Assembly: GCA_951406725.2 (NCBI GenBank) | Contig: OX597827.1 | Coordinates: 11,346,001-11,410,000 of the forward strand | Direction: 5' to 3' | DNA: 64,000 bases | Origin: Octopus vulgaris | Taxonomy: Eukaryota | Shown: positions 53,392 through 64,000 of the stretch, in pieces | Position numbering within the stretch: position 1 is the stretch's first letter | Layout: every line of letters begins with the position of its first letter | The notes under the pieces: model-generated | Told to the model about the DNA's origin: nothing | The model's database searches: none | Seen by the model: only the letters and a program-made list of their open reading frames with translations | Translations under genes and position numbers: made by a program

Positions 53392-54383
53392 TGAAGAGCG
53401 TCTTTTAGATCCCAACTACTAAATCTACTCACAAGGATTTTGTTGGCTAGGGCTGTAGTAGATGACATTTCCTGAGGTGCCACCCAATGGGACTGAACCC
53501 ACACTTGGCTGGTACTCAATTTCCACATAGTGTGAAATGAATTGCTTTTGCTCAATGACACAATGTACCACCTGGCCTAGAATTTGAACCTATAACCTTG
53601 TGATCATGAGGCCAACACCCCATCCACTTGACCCTGCATCTTGACATTCAAATATATGTATTTACATAGAAATACAGCTTCTGTAGATTGATAGGGAATG
53701 CACCTATTAGAATGAAGAATACACAGACACCCCAAAGTCATACTTATTTCTCTAATTAACATTTACAATTCTTGTAAAAGCTTATCTCAAAAACAGAAAT
53801 GAAAATAATTAAGATGAAAAATAATTGGGAAAATAATATATGGATGGGTAAATACTAGCATTTACTTACATTTTTAAAATGTGTATTAAATTTCTGTGTT
53901 AAACATCTTTGAAGCTCAAACAGATAAGAAATGCCAACAGCTTTAAAATTGATAAAATAACATGAAAGTATTAAAAATGTTTTAGTTTTTTTTTTTCTAT
54001 AAATACATTATGAAAGTAAGAATGCTTTTAACATTCCTTTAATTTTACTTATAAAATGGTATTTACTTTTTATTTGCAGAATTTTAGCTTTGAATTTAAA
54101 TTAGGAAGAAATTTCTTTAAGTAATTTTCTAAGAACAAGGAAATCCGTTTCTTTGAGTATTATTTTCTTACTTCATGCTTTAGAAATGTGATTGTATAGG
54201 ATTATTTTATTTTCAAATTTTGGCACAAGGCCAGCAAGTTCAGGGGAGGGGGTAAGTTGATTACAAAGTAAAGGCAAAAAGGCAAAGTTTACCTTGGCAG
54301 AGTTTGAACTCAGAATATAAAGATGCTTGCTAAGCATTTTGCTCAGCTCAGCACCTTATGAATAGGATGATATTGACACAGTA

Positions 54384-55728
54384 TATTGAGTTGGCAACTA
54401 AGTTCCCACTGTTTTTTTAAATTTTGGAATCTATTTTTGTATCATTTTGAATTTTTTTTTTTTTTCTAGTTAATTTTAGTTAATTTTTGTTTATTTTCAG
54501 ATCATTAAAATGGAATGTCAAGTTAAGAAAAACGAGCATTTTTGACATTTCCTTCTTTTTTTCTTTTAATCAAGGTTCTAAGGCCGCAAATGCTGCTCGT
54601 GACATTTGTGCTGTGTATGGAGAGAGTGCCATAGCTGAAAGAACCACTCGGGATTGGTATGCCAAATTCAAAAATGGAAATTTTGACCTCAGGGACACAC
54701 CTCATTCTGGCTGTCCATGAATTTGTAAACCTATTGCAGGGTGAAGGCACATGGCTCAGTGATTAGAGCATCGAGTTTACGATCATGAGGTTGTGAGTTC
54801 GAATCTCGGACCAGGCTGTGTGTTGTGTTCTTGAGCAAGACACTTTAAACCAAGTTTTGCACGAAAATTCTCATCAAATGACAAGGGAACCAGCAGAGAA
54901 AATGAATGCTCCCACACTGCTATAGAGAAGCATCTTCACTTGATAAGAAAGGTACAGAATTACGGAGCATGGGTTCCGCATGCTTTAAGTGACAACAGCA
55001 AAAATCAACAAGCCACAATCTCCGCTGGTTTGCTTGCTCATCATCGCTCAACTCATGGACACAAGCAATGATTTCTTTACCAAATCATTACTGGCAATGA
55101 AAAATGGTGCCTGTACATCAATATGAAGCAGCATATGGAATGGCTTAGCCTCGGTAAACAAGCGACACCATGCGTGAAGCAAGATCTTCAACTGCGTAAA
55201 ATGATGTGCATATGGTGGGACAGGGAAGAGATTATCCATTATGAATTGCTTGAACGGTTAATGCGGAACTCTATGTTCCACAGATGGAATGACTCAACAC
55301 AGCTATTCAAGAGAAAAGACTTAATTGACTGCATGGAGTTCTTCTGCTGCATGACAGCACCTGCCCTCATATCGCCAATATGACCAAGGAAGCCATTCAA
55401 ATGCATGGCTGGGAAGTGCTACCACACCTGCCATACTCTCCTGATTTGGCACCAACGGATTTCCACCTCTTTTGATCTCTTTCAAATGCTATGTGCGGAG
55501 TTTTGTTCAGTACTGGTGCAGAATTGTGAGCTTCGTTGGATCAATTTTTCGAGTCGAAATCGGGTGATTTCTACCAATGAGGTATTGAAAATCTTGTTGA
55601 ATGTTGGGAAGAAGTTGTAAACAAGAAGGGTGAATACATTATTGATTAATTAGTTGTTTTTTTTAGTAAACCTTTTAAAAAATTTAAATTTAAAAAAACC
55701 CGACAGGAACTTAGTTGGCAACCTAATA
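54384..55728 (+). mobile_element. Near full-length mariner, decayed
   Basis: TIRs tattgagttggcaactaagttcc / ggaacttagttggcaacctaata with TA flanks. Motifs FKNGNFDLRDTPHSGCP, WVPHAL, IITGNEKW, CIWWD, HDSTCPH and HLPYSPDLAPTDFHLF. Confidence 0.92.
54715..54847 (+). repeat. Copy of about 58574-58707 (flank plus SINE D head) inserted in the mariner ORF
   Basis: ccatgaatttgtaaacctattgcagggtgaaggcacatgg... versus ccatgattttataaacctattgcagggtgaacggcacatgg... Confidence 0.88.
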
Positions 55729-56904
55729 TATTACATGAGTACAATTGTGACTGTAAGATTAAATAAGATTCTTTCCCAATCACGTGGTTTGGAGTTCAGT
55801 CCCACTGCATGGCATCTTAGGCAAGAGTCTTCTTCTTTAGATCAAAGCCAGCCAAAGCCTTGTGAGTGGATTTGATAGATAAAAACGGAAAGCTGCCCAT
55901 CATATCTATCTGCCTGTCAGTCTGTCTGGCTGTATGTATGTATGCATGCATCTGTATGTGTGTGTATGAGTGTGTGTATGCATATCTGTGTATGTGTCCC
56001 TTTGAGTGTCAGTATTATGTATGTAATATCTAGAGTTTCCAACTTTCTGTGGGAACATGTCTAGCCATGGAGTAATATTACCTTGCTTAGAAACAGATGG
56101 GTGTTGTCAATAGGAGGGTGATAGCAATGAAGATGATGATGAAGATGATGACAACGACGATGATGATGATGACGACGATGACAACAATGATGATGATGAT
56201 GATGATGATGCAGACACTCCAAACACCCTCGATGCCTTGCTTATCTTCAGGCCCAACCTTTATCAAACTGTCATCATCTCCTAACATATTGGATCATCAA
56301 AGTCACCTACCTGACATTCACTGAGTGTACTTCATCACAATCCCCACAACTACCGACACCACTGCCAACTGACCTCTGTCGAACTTCAAAGATTTATATT
56401 AGTCTCAGTGACCCATTAGTTTTAAGCTAACCATGACTACTGTTTAAACGACACCAACCAACATGCTTGACATGTCACTTCATGTTCCTGGAACAACCAA
56501 AGCCATAAGTTCTCCAAGTAGTTCGCAAATGATGTTCTAGAGTAATCTGGAACATCAAACATCCTAGAAGCACCGTCTCCAGATCTTTACCTTTTGACCT
56601 ACAGATTTAAGAAATAATTTTTTGTAACTAAACACTTTCAAACTTCGGACACTGGTAGAATGTGTCATATAAAACATCTTTTACTCTTAGCATTTTTGAG
56701 AAAAACTTATATTTACGAAGATATTTCGCGTAAAATTTGTCCTATTTCGGTAATTTCAACCAATCAATGACGTGTATTTAGCTAAATAAAATTACTGCTG
56801 TTGTTTGTCAACAGGAACTACCCATCTCCGCCAACGCGATGGTTATTGAAACTCTGGCAAGACTATCGTCTACAAAACAACTGATTCATTTGTGTGTCAA
56901 TTTG

Positions 56905-57217
56905 CATCCCAGCGCCGCCTCGACTGGCTTCTGTGCCGGTGGCACATAAAAAGCACCATCCGAACGTAGCCGATGCCAGCGCCGCCTTGGCTGGCTTCCG
57001 TGCTGGTGGCACGTTAAAAGCACCAACCGATCGTGGCCGATGTCAGACTCCCCTGGCATCTGTGCAGGTGGCACGTAAAAAGCACCCACTACACTCACGG
57101 AGTGGTTGGCGTTAGGAAGGGCATCCAGCTGTAGAAACACTGCCAGATCAGACTGGAGCTTGGTGCAGCCCCTGAAACTCAGAGTAACAGGTTTTGTTGA
57201 AGTTTCTGCTGCTTTAA

Positions 57218-57259
<42 letters not shown>

Positions 57260-57541
57260 TGGCCTTGGTCGCCTTGACTGGCTTCCGTGCCGGTGGCACG
57301 TTAAAAGCACCAACCGATCATGGCCGATGCCAGACTCCCCTAGCACCTGTGCCGGTGGCACGTAAAAAGCACCCACTACACTCGCGGAGTGGTTGGCGTT
57401 AGGAAGGGCATCCAGCTGTAGAAACACTGCCAGATCAGACTGGAGCCTGGTGCAGCCCCTGGCTTCCCAGACCCCGGTCGAACCGTCCAACCCGTGCTAG
57501 TGCGGAAAACGGACGTTAAACGACGACGATGATGATGATGA
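56905..57541 (+). mobile_element. Two tandem family C copies (56905-57173 and 57257-57541) with internal repeats of about 60 bp
   Basis: Repeated gtgccggtggcac(a/g)taaaaagcac units, the aggaagggcatccagctgtagaaac motif and a (GAT)n tail. Confidence 0.85.
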
Positions 57542-57919
57542 GGATAAATATCCTTAAAATTTTCCTATTCTAATACTCTGACCTCATTACCACCACCACT
57601 GTCACCAACATACCTATGTAAAACCACCTGTTACTTCAAGCCAATTGAAAAATCTTCCGTTCTTATCAAAATCTACTTCTGAGTTAATTATTATCCTTAC
57701 CAATGCCTGCAAACTTTCTCTCTGTATAGGGTGTTGCAGAAATATTGGCAGAGTTCCTAACACCAACTCACTGCCTTGGAATTGAACACAGTGTTCAAAC
57801 ATGAAAGTAATTGTAAACACTAAAACAAGATTTTGTCAGGATTTGACGATGTCAGCAAAAGATAAACCATTCAGGTCCTTGGTAAATACGTAAAGAACTT
57901 GTATTTTTTTCTCAGTTTT

Positions 57920-58133
57920 CAGTCTAATGCCTGAAACAGTCTAATGCCTGAAACAAGTAAGAGGTAAAAGGTAAAAGGGATATAGCTTCTTCCTTGTCCC
58001 TTAATTTCAAATCCAGTCTTTTAATTCTGCCATTTATGAAGAAATGATTATCTTCCTTGTATTAAATGTCTGCTTAGGGCCACCACATTTTACAAAAAAA
58101 AAAACCCTATTTGATACAATAAAATACTAGAAA
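57920..58133 (+). repeat. Copy of 61726-61921 (SINE A tail plus flank)
   Basis: cagtctaatgcctgaaacaagtaaga...aaaatactagaaa is shared. A 17-mer is tandemly duplicated at the left junction. Confidence 0.9.
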
Positions 58134-58603
58134 TCATCAGAAATTACATCATAGCAGATGCTTAAACTCATTAGAAAATCAGTTGCAGCAAATAACCTAA
58201 CTATTTTGGCATAAACAAAATGTTGGAATGTCATTAACAATTTTCTTTTTGGTGCCTTTTATTTGACAGACCACTGGGTATATATGGATAAGTTACCTGG
58301 TAACTGACCAGTAACCATAACACAGCTAGAGACGGATGCTGCATGAATCTGTCACTCATTTCAAGTATGGAGTCCAACAATCCTCAATTATTGCTGGCAC
58401 ACACAACTTGCATAGACACACATGGTGTAAATATACACTTGGTGTAAATATCAATTTTCTATAATCATCGGAACAACAACATTGTCTTGCTAATGATTAC
58501 TAAATATTTATCTCTCTGGACTTTTTGTTTTTCTGTCAACCAACCAAAATATTTTGCTGATACAAGGGATTTACCATGATTTTATAAACCTATTGCAGGG
58601 TGA

Positions 58604-58924
58604 ACGGCACATGGCTCAGTGGTTAGAGCATCGAGTTTACGATCGTGAGGTTGTGAGTTCAAATCCCGGACCAGGCTGCGTGTTGTGTTCTTGAGCAAGG
58701 CACTTTATTTCCCGTTGCTCCAGTTCACTCAGCTGTAGAAATGAGTTGCAACATCACTGGTGCAAAGCTTTATCAGCCTTTGTCTTTCCCTTGGATAACA
58801 CTGGTGGCGTGGAGAGGGGAGGCCGGTATGCGTGGGCGACTGCTGGTTTTCCATAAACAACCTTGCCTGGGATAGTAACTTTCTAGGTGCAATCCCACGG
58901 TCAGTCATGACCGAAGGGGGTCTC
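58604..58924 (+). mobile_element. SINE family D (tRNA-derived), full length
   Basis: tggctcagtggttagagc (A box) and gagttcaaatccc (B box). TSD attgcagggtga at 58592-58603 and 58925-58936. Confidence 0.88.
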
Positions 58925-58980
58925 ATTGCAGGGTGATCTCCTTTGGAATGAATTCTCTTCCTAATCTTATAATGAGTACT

Positions 58981-59376
58981 CAATGCTGGATTAACTATTA
59001 AGCAAAAGAAGCATGTGCTTAGGGCATTAACAGAAGAGGGTACCACAAAAATGGTAAATATTTATGGTGCAAACGATATCGCTTATTGAATTAATATTCA
59101 AAGTGGTTTATATGATCGGAAATAAAATTTTGAAGTGTCCATGGTGCCATAATGAGGATTTGATCAAAGACTTTGAAATTACAAAAAACGTAGGAGAAAA
59201 CATTTCAAATAAAGTAGAAGTATACAAAAATAAACATTAATTTTCATCTTTCTGTTAGTTTTGTTGCAAAATTTTATTTTATGGTTTCTTATTGTTTATA
59301 TTTTGTATTACATGTATATGAGAGTACCAAAATGTTTTAAGTGCTTAGGGCCTCCAGAGATCTTAATCTGGCCCTG
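58981..59376. mobile_element. hAT-type non-autonomous element
   Basis: Imperfect TIRs caatgctggattaa / ttaatctggccctg. 8-bp TSD tgagtact / tgagcact. Confidence 0.7.
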
Positions 59377-60191
59377 TGAGCACTCTATTGTGGATTATGC
59401 TCATATATACCAACATTTTGTACTACATCTAAATAAAATCCGTCATACTGCTTGGCAATGACTCACTCAAGAATTCACTTCTTAATCTGTATATACTCTC
59501 ACCACCAACAATCTTGGTAAGAAGTATACAATTAGTGGCTTCTGTCCCTTCTTGATTCAACTAGTAAAATTTAAAAAAAGGAGTTTAAAGGAGAGAGCAT
59601 GTTTTATTCGCTTTTTTTTTTCTCTCCTTTAAGATGAATATTTCCATTTATTGAAGATCTTCAGATTTATTTTTGATAAGAATGGACACATAAAGGTATT
59701 TGAATCACTGAAACAGAACTTAAGCTGATGATGGTCTTGGAAAAATTTTTAAGATCTTAACAGCTAAAATTCTGTTTGATATGGTAGGAAAACTGAAAAC
59801 ATCTACAGAATTTGATCATCAAAATTCTGTTTAACCTATTAGTATCATGTACCCTGTTGCATCAAAAGTTAAAACTAAATTGTTAGCTACTATAAAGCAC
59901 ATTCACAAGGCAGATCTTCCTGAAAATAGTCACCTTGTAGGTAGATACTAAAATCTTTGCCTCTCTTTTTCCTCTTGGTTGATAAACTATGATGAAAAAA
60001 AGAAGAAAAGGTAAGAATCACGCATTCCTTGAATAGTAATTTGTTGTTTAGTGAAACTGTATACTCCTCCTGGTAAAAAGTGGTTGAGAGTCCACAGTTC
60101 AAGTCAGTGTTTTGTGGAGCTATCAGTGATAGTAGGTCAGAAGTTAGTGTGTTACTGTTCCTCTATGGAGAGATACAACGGTATCCAATGA

Positions 60192-60613
60192 AAGTTGTGA
60201 GCTGGCAGAAACGTTAGCACGCCGGGCAAAATGCTTACCGGTATTTCGGCTGCCGTTACGTTCTGAGTTCAAATTCCGCCGAGGTCGACTTTGCCTTTCA
60301 TCCTTTCGGGGTCGATAAATTAAGTACCAGTTACGTACTGGGGTCGATGTAATCGACTTAATCCGTTTGTCTGTCCTTGTTTGTCCCCTCTATGTTTAGC
60401 CCCTTGTGGGTTGTAAAGAAGTAGGTATTTTGTCTGTCGTCACGTTGTGAGTTCAAATTCCGCCGAGGTCGACTTTGCCTTTCATCCATTCAGGGTCGAT
60501 AAATTAAGTACCAGTTACGCACTGAGGTCGATGTAATCGACTTAATCCGTTTGTCTATCCTTGTTTGTCCCTTCTATGTTTAGCCCCTTGTGGGTAATAA
60601 AGAAATGGAAATA
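60192..60613 (+). mobile_element. SINE family B dimer
   Basis: TSD ggtatccaatga at 60180-60191 and 60614-60625. Confidence 0.9.
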
Positions 60614-60839
60614 GGTATCCAATGACTAGTAACTATTGTGGCTACTAGTGTAAAACAGCAACTACAGTACAACGACAGTCACACACCACACTAGTGAGAG
60701 GAACCCATTTTATGACATAGTTAGTTTCCATCTAAAAGACGTTCCACATCATAAAATGTGTAATAGATATATTCTGGGTTATATCTTGCTGAAGATTTCT
60801 AAACAGGATGAAATGATGTTACACATGATTATCATTGAT

Positions 60840-61262
60840 TCTTTTACTCTTTTACTCTTTTACTTGTTTCAGTCATTTGACTGCGGCCATGCTGGAGCAC
60901 TGCCTTTAATCGAGCAACTCGATCCCGGGACTTGTTCTTTTTTTTTGTAAGCCCAGTACTTATTCTATCGGTCTCTTTTGCCAAACCGTTAAGTAATGGG
61001 GACATAAGCACACCAGCATCGGTTGTCAAGCAATGCTAGGGGGACAAACACAGACAAACAAACACACACATGCATATATATATATATATATACATATATA
61101 CGACGGGCTTCTTTCAGTTTCCGTCTACCAAATCCAACTCACAAGGCTTTGGTCGGCCCGAGGCTATAGTAGAAGACACTTGCCCAAAATGCCACGCATT
61201 GGGACTGAACCCGGAACTATGTGGTTGGTAAACAAGCTACTTACCACACAGCCTAACTCCTG
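60840..61262 (-). mobile_element. SINE family A, full length
   Basis: Matches family A. Confidence 0.9.
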
Positions 61263-61329
61263 TGCCTATTATAAATTTATAGTAAGTAAACAAGGAAAAA
61301 GAATTGAATTGAATGTGTGTATTCTATGC

Positions 61330-61766
61330 ACAGTCATGGCTGAGTGGCTAAAAGTTTGTTTCCTGATCACATAACACATTGGTCTTCTGCTATAGCCTAG
61401 GGCCAACCAAAGCTTTGTGAGTGGATTTGGTCGACAGAAACTACAAGAAGTCTACCATGTATGTGTGTGTGCATGTGTGTGTGTGCATGCGTGTGCAAGT
61501 GTGCATGCGTGTGCAAGTGTGTATGTTTGTGTGTACTTGTGTGTGAGTCTTTGTATTTGTGTTTGTTTACTACCATATGACAACTGTTGTTGGCATGTTT
61601 ATGTTCTTATAACTTAGAGGTTCAGCGAAAGGAATCAATATAATAAGGACCAGGCTTAAAAAGAAAAAGTATGGGGATTAATTCATTTGACAGAAATTCT
61701 TGAAAGCAGTGCTCCAGCATGGCCACAGTCTAATGCCTGAAACAAGTAAGAGATAAAAGGTAAAAG
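61330..61766 (+). mobile_element. SINE family A, old diverged copy
   Basis: catggctgagtggctaa...gtgagtggatttgg...gtgctccagcatggccacagtc. Confidence 0.75.
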
Positions 61767-63445
61767 GGATATAGCTTCTTCCTTGTCCCTTAATTTCAAA
61801 TCCAGTCTTCTAATCCTGCCATTTATGAAGAAATGATTATCTTCCTTGTATTAACTGTCTGCTTGGGGCCACCACATTTCACACAAAAAAAGCCCTATTT
61901 GAAACAATAAAATACTAGAAAGCATTTAAATATTAAGAAATTCATTGTGATAAGCCAAGTAGAACAACTTGTTAATGGCATTGCTTAGCTACAGCCCTCT
62001 ATCATTAAAGGCATTCCAGCCATAAGCATACCATTTTAGGAGTATGTAGGATATCTGATATCTTCTGCCCTTTTATATATCATTATATTGTATAGTTTGA
62101 GGGAAATTTAGTGGTTAGTTCTAGCAGGTTAAGTGACAAAGCAGAGGCTCACTTGTGGTATTTCTCCAAGGTAAGCAGTTTTTCTTGAACTAGTTTTAAA
62201 ACCCCCCACGAACCCAATTAACTGTCTTTGCAAATAACAAAGTGTTTGGAAAATCATGAACGCCTCATAAATTCCAATTATCTATAAATGTGAGACCTTG
62301 TGCCAATATAAGAAATCAATATTCCTATAAATTGTTCAATAAAACTTCCATATGTCTTACAGAAACAGTTGTAGAAATGATTTATTACTTTTTCGTATTT
62401 CTTATTATAAATAAATACAAATAGTAATTGCTTGCCAGGGAGGGACTTAGAAGAATTCCATGAACCTTGTTTTCAATCAAAAATGCTTCAAGGATAATAA
62501 TTTTAGCAAAGCAACATCCATAAAAAAATATATGTAAATATTAAAGATGAATAAATAAGCAAATACTACTCGAATATTTTTGGAAAATTTGATAACAAGG
62601 TTGGACTTTAATGAAATAACTTTTATCAAAAGAACGGAGAAATTTTATAAAAAGGCTGATTTTAATTGATCAGAAGATAAATCAATCTTTAGCCAATATC
62701 AAATCATGGAAAGCATGATGGAGAGATAGAATGGCTTCTCCTGAAAATGATTTGTAAAATGTTTTATTCATATTTGAATCTAAAATTCAATTATGCAATT
62801 TGAATTCTAAGATAAAATTCATTCCATGCATAATTTTTCTTAACCTTGATGAATAAATGTTAAACTGAGAAAATATTGTACAAAAGTCTAGAATTTTTCC
62901 CTCTCTCATTCCTTCTCTTTCTTTACTCTTTCTGTCCACCCCCACTCCCACCCCCACTCCCACTCCCACCACTTTTTTTTTTTGGTTTCTCATTCAGTAT
63001 CTTCAACCTTTCTCATCTTTCCTATTTTTACTGAAGCGGTTTCTGTTAAATTTATGAAATGATATTAATCAGGTTTATATCCACAGTTCAAGAAGGAAAT
63101 AATATTTAATAACAAATTACAATTTCATTTGAAGTATTTCAGAACATGTGAATGCTCTTTATACACTTTTTCTTTTCTTCTTTTCTCTTCTAGCAATTTA
63201 TAGAAAAAGACTTTTTTTTTCACTCATAATTAACACAAAGATTATGAATTTCAAAAATGTGATACTAATTCCTTTAGTCAGTCCTTATATATGAGTAAAG
63301 CAGACTTAGAAGTTTTGCCATGGAATTTCACTAAAATTATTTATTCTGAAGTTGGCAGATTTAGTTTAATATTGGTTTGGTTTTTTATATACATTTGTTT
63401 TTGTCTTGCTAAAATGTTCGTTTGATTAAATACTTTATACCACCA

Positions 63446-63847
63446 CTAGCAGTATCGCCCGGCATTGCTCGGGTTTGTAAGGGAAATAACTATATAAGCA
63501 TTTTTAGAGAGTTATAGCCAAAAAATAGCAAAAAAATGCATCAAAAATGGAAAGAAAATTATGGTAAATTTTTTTTAAAATCGTTGACTCATCGTAGACA
63601 TTTTTAGAGAGTTAATTCCCTTATATAATAGCGAAAAAAATGCATTAAAATGGAAAAAAATGATGGTAAATTTTTTTTTAAATCGTAGACTCATCGTAGA
63701 CGCGCACTAATACCCAGAAGGGCTCGATATGAATCATGACTATAAGATACCTGGTTTTGGTTAAACTGCACCGCAAAATGTGGGAGTAGTTAGGAATCTA
63801 AATCGTAGGAGGCAGACAGCACACAACCTTACTTTTATATATAAAGA
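63446..63847 (-). mobile_element. Non-autonomous Helitron
   Basis: The minus strand starts TC (tctttatatataaaa) and ends cccgagcaatgccggg-cgatactg-CTAG, at an A|T insertion site. It has an internal direct repeat of about 100 bp. Confidence 0.85.
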
Positions 63848-64000
63848 TATCTATACTTCATTTATTCTATTTATTATAGACAGTTCTTATTACATTCATT
63901 GAAATTATTTAAACACATATAAAATAGTTTATTCATCACAGGTGCAAATAGAATATCAATGTGATGGTTTTTGATAAATCCAGATTCTGGTTCCATGCCT

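Noticed and set aside
56597-56905. Possible DNA-transposon subterminal sequence
   Set aside because: I could not identify a convincing TIR pair or TSD.
58604-58680. tRNA gene (also 20120-20190 and the SINE A and B heads)
   Set aside because: A and B boxes are present, but there is no complete cloverleaf and each continues into a SINE body, several with TSDs.
62938-62970. G-quadruplex-capable (GGGAGT/GGGGGT) tract on the minus strand
   Set aside because: It is a short simple repeat with no functional context.

Overview
This window is AT-rich, repeat-saturated eukaryotic (animal) genomic DNA, most likely intronic or intergenic. The SINE families and the very high microsatellite load resemble an octopus/cephalopod genome; this is an inference, not verified. 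I found no host protein-coding gene, tRNA, rRNA or CRISPR array that I can support. Almost all ORFs in the track are translations of (CAT)n, (CAC)n, (TA)n or (CA)n repeats or of SINEs. The identifiable content is: (i) tri- and dinucleotide microsatellites and three higher-order minisatellites, mostly in the first 17 kb; (ii) at least five SINE or SINE-like families (here A-E); (iii) 3' fragments of CR1-like and RTE-like LINEs whose tails match SINE A and family C; (iv) a decayed Penelope-like reverse transcriptase (about 20.5-23 kb) with nested insertions, plus three minimal hammerhead-ribozyme motifs of the Penelope pLTR type; (v) several decayed Tc1/mariner elements, two hAT-type MITEs and two non-autonomous Helitrons; (vi) long fold-back elements. 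The least-explained signals are a set of short local copy-paste duplications and template-switch scars that carry flanking DNA, so they are not ordinary retrotransposition, and a dimer-forming SINE whose target-site duplications repeatedly start with GGTA. I cannot claim a novel biological system from the sequence alone.
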